This document shows positions 1 through 9,894 of a DNA stretch of 64,000 bases, piece by piece. The DNA lies in the NCBI GenBank assembly GCA_963734495.1, contig CAVTHK010000001.1:192001-256000 (forward strand), written 5' to 3'. Made by a program: the position numbers and the translations under genes. The stretch's first letter is position 1. Each line of letters starts with the position of its first letter. Below the pieces are notes generated by a model. It was not told the origin of the DNA. It ran no database searches and saw nothing but the letters and a program-made list of their open reading frames with translations. The DNA comes from an uncultured Spirochaetota bacterium. GTDB lineage: Bacteria; Spirochaetota; Spirochaetia; SZUA-6; CAVTHK01.

Positions 1-340
1 GGAGATCCTCGGTTCGCGGGTCCCACCCCGCGGGGAGAACGGCGTTCATGGTCTTGGCGAGAAACTGATGGTGGGCCCTGTGGCTCGCGCTGATCTGGTC
101 TTCGGTGGTGAGGGCCGCCATCGCGGCCGCTGCCACCGCCTCCTGCCCGATGCTGATGTGGATGGGGCCGTTGACGCAGTCGTCCTGCTTGAGCCTGATC
201 ACGCTTCGTTCGAATGCGTTGATGAGGTAGATCTCGAAGAGCACCCGCACGGCCGTGAGGGGGTCCATCGCGCCGACATCGCTCCCGGCGGACCGCCACT
301 CCTCCCAATCGAAATCGACGCTGAGCTTCTCGCGAGTCAT
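1..340 (-). CDS. TPP-dependent 2-oxoacid dehydrogenase E1 (alpha or alpha/beta fusion), N-terminal part, truncated by window edge
   Basis: Not in ORF track. Manual translation from ATG 340 (GGAGG upstream) gives MTREKLSVDFDWEEW...NGPIHISIGQEAVAAAAMAALTTEDQISASHRAHHQFLAK, the E1-alpha H-x-S-x-GQEA and HR-x-H motifs. Confidence 0.8.
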   Translation of the reverse strand, partial: MTREKLSVDFDWEEWRSAGSDVGAMDPLTAVRVLFEIYLINAFERSVIRLKQDDCVNGPIHISIGQEAVAAAAMAALTTEDQISASHRAHHQFLAKTMNAVLPAGWDPRTEDL

Positions 341-374
341 TGCGGCCCCTCCCCGGCAGATGCGGTCGACGGAC

Positions 375-403
375 AGCCTAGGAGTGCAGCGGCAGGTCGT
401 CAA
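375..403 (-). promoter_or_regulatory. sigma70-type promoter for the E1 gene
   Basis: Minus strand TTGACG-17 nt-TAGGCT, about 35 nt upstream of ATG 340. Confidence 0.55.
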
Positions 404-405
404 GA

Positions 406-420
406 TCTGATATGATCAGA
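406..420 (+). promoter_or_regulatory. extended -10 (TGnTATGAT) inside palindrome TCTGAT-N3-ATCAGA, candidate operator
   Basis: TG 408-409, TATGAT 411-416, perfect 6-bp inverted repeat; ATG follows at 426. Confidence 0.45.
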
Positions 421-425
421 GCAAG

Positions 426-1497
426 ATGAAGGCAACACCCGGGCTCCTCGAGCTCGCAGACGGCCGCAGGGTCGCGAAGCCCGACTGGGCCGAGCGCCGC
501 AGGGAGCTGCATGCGGCGATCGTCGAGCACGAGTACGGCGGGATGCCGCCCGCGCCGAAGGGCACGACTGTCGAGCTCCTGTGCAGCTCGACGATCAGGA
601 GCGAAGGCGGCGTCGGGTTCCGCACCTACGAGGTCCGCTGCGATTTCGACCGCGGCCGCGAGCTCGCGTTCTCGCTGAACCTGTGGGTGCCGCCGGGCGA
701 CGGCCCGTTCGCCGTGGTGCTCGACGGCGACGGCTGCTGGCGCTACCTTCAACGACGACATCGTCCGGCGGGTGATCGCGCGGGGAGCCATCGCCGCCTC
801 GTTCAACCGGACCGCGATGGCCGCGGACAACGGCGAACGCCATCGCCAGACGGGCCTCTACCGGATCTTCCCCGAGGCGTCGTTCGGCGTGCTGGCGGCC
901 TGGGCCTGGGGCTATCACCGGTGCGTCGACGCGCTGGGAACCCTCGGCTTCGTGCGGTCCGACCAGATCGCCATCACCGGTCACTCGCGCGGAGGGAAGA
1001 CGGTGCTCCTCGCGGGCGCGACCGACGAGCGGATCGCCCTGACCAACCCCAACGACTCGGGCACCGGCGGCTCCGGGCTCAACAGGCTCAAGGGCAGGGG
1101 CGCGGAGGTGATCGACGACTTCTTCCGGTCGGGCAACATCTTCTGGTTCGGCAAGGGCTTCGCGGAGCACCGCAATCGGGATGCCGAGCTGCCGTACGAT
1201 CAGCACTACCTGCACGCCCTGATCGCGCCGAGGGCGCTGCTCGTCAACGAGGCCCATGGCGACGCGTGGGCGAACCCGCCGGGATCGTACGCGGCCTGCC
1301 TGGCGGCCCGCGAGGCGTACGAGCTGCTGGGCGCCCGCGACGCGATCGGCTGGTCGTTCCGGGAGGGGGCCCACGGGCACACGCCCGAAGACTTCGACGC
1401 GCTGCTGGATTTCGTGGACCTGCGCTTCTCCGGCAAACGGCCCGTGCGCGGATTCCAGCGCGAAGTGTTCTGCGACCTCGACGCGCAGCTCACCTGA
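426..1497 (+). CDS. CE15-family (glucuronoyl esterase-like) alpha/beta hydrolase, one frameshift near 749
   Basis: ORFs 426 and 772 join on removing one C (cgc tac c ttc aac). Motifs LAAWAWGYHRCVDAL, GHSRGGK (nucleophile Ser), SGTGG, LPYDQH, ALIAPR, DxWANP. Confidence 0.85.
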
Positions 1498-1512
1498 TGA
1501 GCGGGGCCACGG

Positions 1513-1541
1513 TTGAAAAACCCTGCGGCGTGCCGTAGGAT
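1513..1541 (+). promoter_or_regulatory. sigma70-type promoter for the two-component operon
   Basis: TTGAAA-17 nt-TAGGAT. Confidence 0.5.
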
Positions 1542-1567
1542 GCAGCCAGCCCCTCGGGGGATAGCCT

Positions 1568-3328
1568 CTGAGACTCAGAAGCATTCGGTCCAAACTGCTC
1601 TTCTCGTTCATCTCCGTCATCCTCCTGCCTCTCCTTACCCTTGGCGTGCTCGGCTCGTACCTCTCGGCGAGGACGCTGGAGAGCGAAGCCACCAGCAACA
1701 CGTGGCAGCTCATCAGGCAGGTCACACGAAGCATCGAGTCCTCGATCCGTCAGACCGAGAGCATCATCGCCGTCGTCGACGCCGATCCCGACGTGCAGGC
1801 GTTCATGGCCTTCCAGGGCTCGGCGCAGCCGTTTTCGCCCGGGGCGGAGGCCGCGGCCCGGCAGCTCCTGCGCTCCATCTCGAATGCGCATCCCGAGATC
1901 GCCGGGATCCTTGTCGTGAGCGCCGACAACCGTCCGCTGAGCAACGAGATCCAGCCCATCACGCGCGATCCGCTGACCGAGGAGAGCTGGTACAGGGCGG
2001 CGGTGGACAACCCGGGCAGCGTCAGGCTGCTGTCGCGACCCATCGGGCGCAACCTGCGGAGCAGCCGCGAATACAGCGCCGACGACGTCGTGTCCATCGT
2101 CAAGGCGGTCGTCGATCCCCGCACTACCCGGGTCAGGGGCGTCGTCCTCATCGACCTGCGCCTCGAGGTCATGGAGGCTATCTTCGCCGACCTGACCGTC
2201 GGCCTGGGCGGGTTCCTCTTTATCCAGGCGCCGGGCGCCGCCATCGTCTACACGCCGGTGAACCCGATCGTGTACCGGGTCCGCGACGAATGGCTCGGCG
2301 TTCCCCGGGCGATCAGCGTCCGGCGCATCAAGGGCGCGGACTACCAGATCGTCTCGCAGTGGTCCGACTACACCCAGTGGAAGACGGTGGGGGTGTTCCC
2401 CCTGAACGAAATCATGAGCCAGGTGAGCAGCATCCGCACCTCTTCGCTGATCATCGCCGGCATGACGGTGCTCGTGGCCCTGGTCGTCTCGGTCTTCTTG
2501 ACCGGCGGGATCGCGCGCCCGGTGATCGAGCTGCGCTCGCTGATGAAGGAGGCGCAGGACGGAAACCTCAGCGTCCGCTACAAGGGCCGCCAGGAGGACG
2601 AGATCGGCTATCTCGGCAAGAGCTTCAACGCGATGATCGAGGAGGTTCAGAAGCTGCTCGACATGGTCTACCGCGAGCAGCAGAGCAAGCGGGAGGCCGA
2701 GCTCAAGATCCTCCAGGAGCAGATCAAGCCGCACTTTCTGTACAACACGCTCGACACGATCCAGTGGATGGCCCAGCAGCACGGCGCGCAGGATATCGTG
2801 AAGATCGTGGGCGCCCTCACGAGCCTGTTTCGGATCGGGCTTTCCCGCGGCAGGGAAATGATCAGCGTGAGCGAGGAGCTCGAGCACGTGCGGAGCTACC
2901 TCATCATCCAGAAGGCGCGCTACGAGAACAAGTTCGATTTCGAGCTGCGCACCGACGACGACGTGGCCTCCCTCATGGTGCTCAAGGTCACGCTCCAGCC
3001 TCTGGTGGAGAACGCGATCTACCACGGCATCAAGGAGAGGCGCGGCCATGGCTCCATCCTCGTCGAGGCGCGGCGCGAAGACGGGATGCTCCTCATGCGG
3101 GTGACGGACGATGGAGTGGGCATGAGCCCGGCCAGGCTCGAGGAGATCCGGGCTCTCCTCGCGGCGAGCCCGTCTCCCGCGGGCGCGCTCGCGGGATATG
3201 GCATTCACAACGTTCACGAACGGATCCAGCTCTCCTTTGGCAGCCGCTACGGCCTGCGCTTCGAGAGCGAGCGCGACCGGGGCACGACCGTGGAGATCCT
3301 CCATCCGCTCGTCACCGCCGGAGGGTGA
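1568..3328 (+). CDS. YesM/LytS-type sensor histidine kinase (dCache-HAMP-His_kinase-HATPase); start uncertain
   Basis: LQEQIKPHFLYNTLDTI, LQPLVENAIYHG, DDGVG, GYGIHNVHERI motifs. The frame stays open upstream of the tracked start (1646) through TM1 (SIRSKLLFSFISVILLPLL) to an in-frame TAG at 1562. Confidence 0.92.
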   Translation: MRLRSIRSKLLFSFISVILLPLLTLGVLGSYLSARTLESEATSNTWQLIRQVTRSIESSIRQTESIIAVVDADPDVQAFMAFQGSAQPFSPGAEAAARQLLRSISNAHPEIAGILVVSADNRPLSNEIQPITRDPLTEESWYRAAVDNPGSVRLLSRPIGRNLRSSREYSADDVVSIVKAVVDPRTTRVRGVVLIDLRLEVMEAIFADLTVGLGGFLFIQAPGAAIVYTPVNPIVYRVRDEWLGVPRAISVRRIKGADYQIVSQWSDYTQWKTVGVFPLNEIMSQVSSIRTSSLIIAGMTVLVALVVSVFLTGGIARPVIELRSLMKEAQDGNLSVRYKGRQEDEIGYLGKSFNAMIEEVQKLLDMVYREQQSKREAELKILQEQIKPHFLYNTLDTIQWMAQQHGAQDIVKIVGALTSLFRIGLSRGREMISVSEELEHVRSYLIIQKARYENKFDFELRTDDDVASLMVLKVTLQPLVENAIYHGIKERRGHGSILVEARREDGMLLMRVTDDGVGMSPARLEEIRALLAASPSPAGALAGYGIHNVHERIQLSFGSRYGLRFESERDRGTTVEILHPLVTAGG

Positions 3329-3332
3329 GTCG

Positions 3333-4538
3333 ATGTGGAAGGTGATGATCGCGGACGATGAGCCGAAGATCCGCCGGGGACTCAGGGCCGCGATCGAGCG
3401 CATCCGGCCCGACATGAAAGTGGTGGCGGAGGCCGAGGACGGCGAGGAGGCGCTCGCGCTGGTGCGGAAGGAGCAGCCGGACATCCTCATGATCGATGTG
3501 CGGATGCCGTTCCTGAACGGCCTCGAGCTGATCGAGAAGGTCGGCGGCGAGGCGGGCGACTGCATCATCATCGTGGTGTCCGGCCACGACGAGTTCCAGT
3601 ATGCCCAGCGCGCGCTCCAGCTCAAGGTCTTCGAGTATCTCCTGAAGCCCGTGCCCGAGGACTTGCTGACCGCGGTGCTGGCCCGAGCCGAAGAGGCGCT
3701 CGCCGCCACCCGGCGCCAGCGCCAGTACCTCGGCTGGGCCCGCGAGCAGCTCGAGCGCAATCTCCCTCTCCTGCGGGAGCAGTTCCTGCGCGACTGGGCG
3801 AGGGGACGGCTCTCTGCGGTCGAGATCAACGAGCAGGCCCCGTTCCTCGGTGTGCGGGTGAGCGGTCCCGCCGCGATGGCCGTCGTCCACATCGTGGACC
3901 GGGCGGTCGCCACGGCGCCTTCGGAGGAGCGGGAACGCCGGATTGCCCTGTTTGCGATCCGTTCCGTCGTGGAGGAGACCCTGGCGGAGCTCGCCCCTCT
4001 GACGGTGTTCAGTGACGACAGGGACGACATCGTGGTCATCTGCGGGGCAGGCGGCGGGAAGACCTGGATCGAGGCGCCGGTGAAGATCGAGCAACGTGTC
4101 GTGCCCAGCCTGTGCCAGGCGCTGATCGTCGTGCAGGCTTCGGTCCCGGAAGCCCTGCACGGGGTGCCCGAAACGTACGAGACGCTCAGCGCGGAAGTGG
4201 CCAGGCGGTGCGGCCACCGGTCGCTTGTCGAGCTTGCTCAGCGCTACATCGACGCCCACTACGACGAGCCGACCCTTTCGCTCGAGGAGGTGGCCTCTTC
4301 GGCCAGGATCAGTCCCGGCTACCTCAGCAGGCTGCTCAAGCTGGAGACCGGATTCTCCTTCGTGGAGTACCTCACGCGGGTCCGCATCAACAGTGCGATC
4401 GAGATGATGAACGACCCCGCGGTAAAGGTATACGAAGTGGCCGAAGCAGTCGGCTACCAGAGCCAGCACTATTTCAGCCGGGCATTCAAGCGGGTGTTCG
4501 GCCGGCCTCCCGTGGAATACCGACAAGCCCGCACATGA
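3333..4538 (+). CDS. YesN-type response regulator (REC + AraC HTH)
   Basis: MWKVMIADDE, DVRMPFLNGLEL, YLLKP; C-terminal ISPGYLSRLLK...VGYQSQHYFSRAFKR. Confidence 0.95.
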   Translation: MWKVMIADDEPKIRRGLRAAIERIRPDMKVVAEAEDGEEALALVRKEQPDILMIDVRMPFLNGLELIEKVGGEAGDCIIIVVSGHDEFQYAQRALQLKVFEYLLKPVPEDLLTAVLARAEEALAATRRQRQYLGWAREQLERNLPLLREQFLRDWARGRLSAVEINEQAPFLGVRVSGPAAMAVVHIVDRAVATAPSEERERRIALFAIRSVVEETLAELAPLTVFSDDRDDIVVICGAGGGKTWIEAPVKIEQRVVPSLCQALIVVQASVPEALHGVPETYETLSAEVARRCGHRSLVELAQRYIDAHYDEPTLSLEEVASSARISPGYLSRLLKLETGFSFVEYLTRVRINSAIEMMNDPAVKVYEVAEAVGYQSQHYFSRAFKRVFGRPPVEYRQART

Positions 4539-6386
4539 AAGCCCGCACCCCCCTTCTGCTGCCGCTGCTGTTCGCCATGGCGGCCTGCCGGCCTTCGACC
4601 GATCCGAAGGCCTTCGACTACGTGATCGGTGTATCGATGGCCAACCTCACGGAACCGTGGCGCATCAACATGCGGGACGAGATCATGGCGGAGGCACGCC
4701 GGCACCGTGACCTGCGCATCGTGTTCACCGACGCCGCCGATTCCAGCGGCCGGCAGATCCAGGACGTGCACACCCTGCTCGGTTCGGGCATCGACCTGCT
4801 CATCATCTCGCCGAACGAGTCCGAGGCGCTTTCGCCGGTGATCGCCGAGGCGTACCAGAGGGTTCCCGTGATCCTGCTGGATCGGTCCGTGATCGGGTTC
4901 GACTACACCCTCTTTATCGGCCCGGACAATCGGCTCATAGGAAAGCAGGCCGGGCAGTACGTGAGAGAGCTCCTCGGCCCGAAGGGGGGAAAGATCGTCG
5001 AGATCCTGGGGCGGTCCGGCTCTCCGCCGGTTCTGGATCGCAGCGTCGGCTTCCGCGAGGCCCTGGCGCAGCAGGACGACATAGCGGTCGTGGACACGCT
5101 CGTGGGAGACTGGCTGCGCGACAAGGCCGAAGACGAGCTTGCGGCCTGGCTCCGAGCGGGCGGCCGCGTGGACGTGGTGTTCGCGCACAACGACGCCATG
5201 GCCGACGGCGCGCGCAGGGCAGCCGCGAAGCTGGGCATCCGCGGCATACGCGTGGTCGGCATCGACGGGCTGCCAGGCCCCGACGGCGGCATCGAGATGG
5301 TCAGGCGCGGCGCACTCTCCGCGACTTTTACCTGCCCCACGGGAGGCAAGGAAGCCGTCATCTACGCCCTCGACATCCTGCATCACGAAGAGGGAATCCC
5401 GAAGAAGATGATCCTCAGGACCTCGCTGGTGACACCCGAGACGATCGAGCGGGGCGCTCTCGCCGCCTCGCCGCGCGCCGCGTCTGCCCGGGCCGGAGCG
5501 CCGGATCGTGCTGGGATTCGCACAGGTCGGCAAGGAAAGCGACTGGCGCCTGGCGAACACGGAGTCGATCAAGACGGCGGCCCGGCAGGCCGGGATCGAC
5601 CTGATCTTCGTGGACTCGGAGCAGCAGCCGGAAAAGCAGCTCGAAGCGGTCCGCTCCTTCATCGCCCGCGGCGTGGACATCATTTCCTTCTCGCCGATCG
5701 TCGAATCGGGCTGGGAGCCGGTGCTGCGCGAAGCCAGGGCCGCGGGAATCCCGGTGTTCATCACCGACCGTGCGGTCGACGTCAAAGACGAGTCTCTCTG
5801 GGTGACCCTGATGGGCTCGGATTTCGTCGAAGAAGGCAGGCGCGCGGCGCGCTGGCTGATCGCCACCCTCAAGACGGACGCGCCGGTCAACATCGTGGAG
5901 CTTCAGGGCACGATCGGGTCCGCTCCGGCCATCGACCGCAAGATCGGCTTCGAAGAGGTCCTGAAGGACCATCCCAACTACCGGATCATCGTGTCCCGCA
6001 GCGGCGACTTCTTCCGCAGCGTCGGAAAGGAAGTCATGCAGCAGATACTCAAGGACCTCGCAGCCGACGGCCGCAGGATGGACGTCCTGTTCGCCCACAA
6101 CGACGACATGGCCATCGGCGCCATCGCGGCGATGGAAGCCGCGGGGATGAAGCCCGGCAAGGATGTCGTCATCGTTTCGGTGGACGGGATCCGCGACGCC
6201 TTCAAGGCCATGATTGCCGGCAAGCTCAATTGCTCCGTGGAGTGCAGCCCCCTGCTCGGCCCGCAGCTGATGAAGGCGGTCAAGGACTTCGCCTCGGGCG
6301 AGGAGCTGCCGGTGCGCATCGTCACTTCGGAGGTCGTGTTCCCCGCCGCGGTCGCGCGCGCCGTCCTGCCGACCCGCAAGTACTGA
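4535..6386 (+). CDS. tandem two-domain RbsB/YtfQ-type sugar-binding lipoprotein, one frameshift near 5465
   Basis: ATGA overlap with the regulator stop; lipobox LFAMAAC. Domain 1 IGVSMANLTEPWR...FAHNDAMA, domain 2 LGFAQVGKESDWR...FAHNDDMAIGA. Domain 2 has no RBS or signal peptide and domain 1 has no stop at the junction. Confidence 0.8.
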
Positions 6387-6520
6387 GCCGCCCACGCCAG
6401 GGTCGCGGTCCCGTTCGCCGCCGCCCCGCGCGTCGGCCGAAAAGTACACGAAATAGCGGAATCGTCTAAATACAACTCGACCCGGGCATGCTACACCCGC
6501 ACATGGGGAGGAGCAGTGCC

Positions 6521-7156
6521 ATGCGGAAGATTCTTCGAGGTGTGTGGGCGCCGTTGATCCTCTTGCTGACGACGGCGGCAGGCGCGTTCGCGCAAGCGGC
6601 GGGCAGCGTGACCTGCGTGGGCGTGTACTCGGAGACCGCCGCCGGATCCGTCAGCTACAGGGTCGGCAGAGGCGAGTGGGTCGCGATCAAAGTGGGCGAC
6701 AAGATCCCCGCCGCCGCTCAGATCAGGATCAACGTGGACAGGGACTGGGTGGAGCTCACTCCCTCGGGCAAACCGGACACGGTCTACGAAATCCAGGGGC
6801 CCGAACGGGGAGAGAAGCTGCTGTCGGTCACCGACATCCTCAAGGGCAGCCCGCGGACGGTCTCTTTCCCGAGCGGCACCAGGAGCAGGCCCGACCCGAA
6901 GTTCCAGGACAAGCTCGTCGTCACGCAGTACCTGGGGAGACAGATCTACATGACGAGCAACGGCAGCACGCGAGACATCAAGTACGGCGACGTCCTGGAG
7001 CTGGGAGGCAAGGTCACCATCATCGCCATCAACAACACCATCACGCTGATGAATGCCGGCGGCGAGGTGACGACCGTGATCGGACCGCTGAAGTTCGAAG
7101 TGGAACAGGTGCTCCACAACGAGAAACTTTACAAGTTCCTGAACGTCCCAAGATAG
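6521..7156 (+). CDS. secreted hypothetical protein with two FecR-N-like internal repeats
   Basis: GGAGGAG RBS, signal peptide ending AFA|Q, repeats WVAIKVGDKIP and TRDIKYGDVLE. Confidence 0.7.
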   Translation: MRKILRGVWAPLILLLTTAAGAFAQAAGSVTCVGVYSETAAGSVSYRVGRGEWVAIKVGDKIPAAAQIRINVDRDWVELTPSGKPDTVYEIQGPERGEKLLSVTDILKGSPRTVSFPSGTRSRPDPKFQDKLVVTQYLGRQIYMTSNGSTRDIKYGDVLELGGKVTIIAINNTITLMNAGGEVTTVIGPLKFEVEQVLHNEKLYKFLNVPR

Positions 7157-7281
7157 CAGCGCACAAGGAGGTCGGGGAGGAGAGAGGGGAAAGAAGGCCA
7201 GATCGTTTGAGGCTTTTCCCCGCCGGTCACCCGTCGGGGAAAAGGGACATCGCCGGAAGGCACGGCTCAAGGGAGGATTGC

Positions 7282-8257
7282 ATGAAGAAATGGGGAAAGA
7301 TTCTCGCGCTGATCGCGGTGGCGATGGTTGCGATTTCGGTCACCGCGTTCGCGCAGCCCAAGCAGTGGGTCGTCGGGTTTTCGCAGATCGGCTCCGAGAG
7401 CGAATGGAGGACCGCCGATACCATCTCCGTCCAGAACGCGTTTCTTGAAGACCCGAGCTTCACCCTGATCTACTCCGACGCTCAGCAGAGGCAGGAGAAC
7501 CAGATCAAGGCGATGCGGTCTTTCATCGCAAGAAGGGTCGACTGCATCCTGTTCACGGCGCTCGTCGAGACCGGCTATGGCCCCGTGCTCCAGGAAGCGA
7601 AGCGGGCCGGAATCCCCGTCGTCATGATCGACCGCGACGTCGCCAAGGAAGACCAGGGGTTGAGGCTCACGATCATGGGATCCGACTTCGTCAAGGAAGG
7701 CGAGAAGGCCGGCAACTGGCTCGCCGACTACCTGCAGAAGAAGGGTCTCGACGACGGCAGGAAGACCATGAACATCGTCGAGCTGCAGGGGACCACCGGA
7801 TCGGCGCCTGCCATCGAAAGGAAGACCGGCTTTGCCAACATCATGGCCAGGCATTCCAACTGGAAGCTCACGCCGCTCCCAGACCGGCAACTTCACCAGC
7901 TCCGAGGGCAAGCAGGTCATGGAGGCCTTCCTCAAGGCTGACAAGAACATCGAGGTCCTGTACGCCCACAACGACCAGATGGCCCTTGGCGCGATCCAGG
8001 CGATCAAGGAAGCGGGCCTCAAGCCCGGCAAGGACATCATCATCGTCGGCGTGGACGCCGTGAAGGGCGCCTTCGAAGCGATGGTCGCCGGCGAGATGAA
8101 CGCCTCGATCGAATGCAGCCCGCTCCTCGGCCCCCAGGCGGTGCAGGCGATCCGGGACCTGCGGGACGGCAAGAAGCTCCCCGCGCGGATCTACACGATC
8201 GAGGGCATCTTCGACGAGACCAACGCAGCCGCGGCGCTGCCTACCCGCCAGTATTGA
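7282..8257 (+). CDS. ytfQ: galactofuranose/sugar ABC substrate-binding protein (YtfQ-like), one frameshift near 7872
   Basis: VGFSQIGSESEWR, IVELQGTTGSAPAIERKTGF, AHNDQMALGAIQAIKEAGLKPGKDI, ECSPLLGP; GGAGG RBS. Confidence 0.85.
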
Positions 8258-8279
8258 TTTCGCTCACTCCGTGATGTAA

Positions 8280-8310
8280 GACCACCCCGGGGATCCGCCC
8301 CGGGGTGGTC
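8280..8310 (+). terminator. strong stem-loop after the binding-protein gene (partial terminator or mRNA stabiliser)
   Basis: GACCACCCCGGGG-ATCCG-CCCCGGGGTGGTC, 13-bp perfect stem followed by CTTCTT. Confidence 0.7.
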
Positions 8311-8363
8311 CTTCTTCCAGCCCGGCGGGTGCCCGCGAGGACAGCAAAGAGGAGGCGTGAGGT

Positions 8364-9892
8364 ATGTCCGAGAACGCTCCCATTCTCGAGATGAGGAAGA
8401 TCAACAAGCACTTCCCGGGCGTGAAGGCGTTGTCCGAGGTGAACTTCCGCCTCTTCAAGGGCGAGGTGCACGCGATCATGGGCCAGAACGGCGCCGGCAA
8501 GTCGACCCTGGTCAAGGTGCTCACGGGAGTCTACCGGCACGATTCAGGGGAGATGCTCCTCGAGGGCAGGCCGATCAGGCCGGACTCGCCCATGGCGGCG
8601 CAGCGGCTGGGGATCAGCACGGTATACCAGGAGATCAACCTCTGCCCGAACCTCTCGGTGGCGGAGAACGTCTTTATCGGACGGCAACCGATCAAGGCAG
8701 GGCGCATCGACTGGAAGGAGCTCAATCGCAGGGCGGACGAGTCGCTGAAGAGACTGAACGTCGCGGTCGACGTGACGCAGCCGCTCTCCTCGTATTCCAT
8801 CGCGATCCAGCAGATGGTTGCCATCGTGCGCGTGCTGGGCACTTCGTCGAGAATACTGATCCTGGATGAGCCCACCTCCAGCCTCGACGAGGCCGAAGTG
8901 GATCAGCTGTTCAAGGTCATCCGCAAGCTGCGCGACGACGGTCTGGCGATCGTGTTCATCACCCACTTTCTCGACCAGACCTACCGGATCTCGGACCGGA
9001 TCACGATCCTGAAGAACGGAGAGCTGGTCGGAGAGTACAGGCCGGAGGAGCTCCCCAAGGTGGAGCTGATCGCGAAGATGCTCGGAAAGGAGTTGTCCGA
9101 GTTCAGCTTCGCCGTGACGGGTGAGGACAGGAAGAAGGAAGGCGCGAGAGCCGCCAGGGACTCGAAGAGCGTCCTGACGGTCAAGGACCTCGGGCTGGAG
9201 GGCTCGATCGCCCCGTTCAGCCTCGACCTGGACGAAGGAGACGTGCTCGGGCCTGGCGGGACTCCTGGGCTCCGGGAAGAACGGAGATGGCCCGCCTCAT
9301 CTTCGGGATCGACGGGGCCAATCAGGGCGAGATCCACGTGAAGGGGAAGAAGACGCGCATCAACACCCCCCGCAGCGCGATGCTGGCCGGAATGGGTTTC
9401 TGCTCCGAGGATCGCAAGAACGAAGGCATCTTCCCCGAGCTGACGGTCCGCGAGAACATCGTCCTGGCCCTGCAGGGGAGACGGGGCGTCTTCCGCTACA
9501 TACCCAGGCAGAAGCAGCTCGAGATGGCCGACGAGCTGATCAGGTCTCTCGCCATCAAGACGCCCGGCGCGAACAACGAAGCCGGCCAGTTGAGCGGAGG
9601 CAACCAGCAGAAGCTGATGCTGGCGCGCTGGCTGGCCACCAACCCGATCATCCTCATCCTCGACGAGCCGACCCGCGGCATCGACGTCGGAGCCAAGCTG
9701 GAGATCATGGAGCTGATCCTGAACATGAGCCGCCAGGGCATGGGCCTCATATTCATCTCCTCGGAGTTCGAAGAGATCGTCCGCTGCAGCACGAGGGTCG
9801 CGGTCCTGAAGGACAAGGCGAAGGTGGCCGAGCTGAGCGGCGACGAAATCAGCGAAGGCGCCATCATGCACACCATCGCGGGGGGGAGATAG
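8364..9892 (+). CDS. ytfR: sugar ABC ATP-binding protein with two NBDs (YtfR/RbsA-like), two 1-nt insertions near 9250-9276
   Basis: GQNGAGKSTL, LILDEPTSSL, restored GLAGLLGSGRTEM, LSGGNQQK, LDEPTRGIDVGAK. Confidence 0.9.
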
Positions 9893-9894
9893 CC

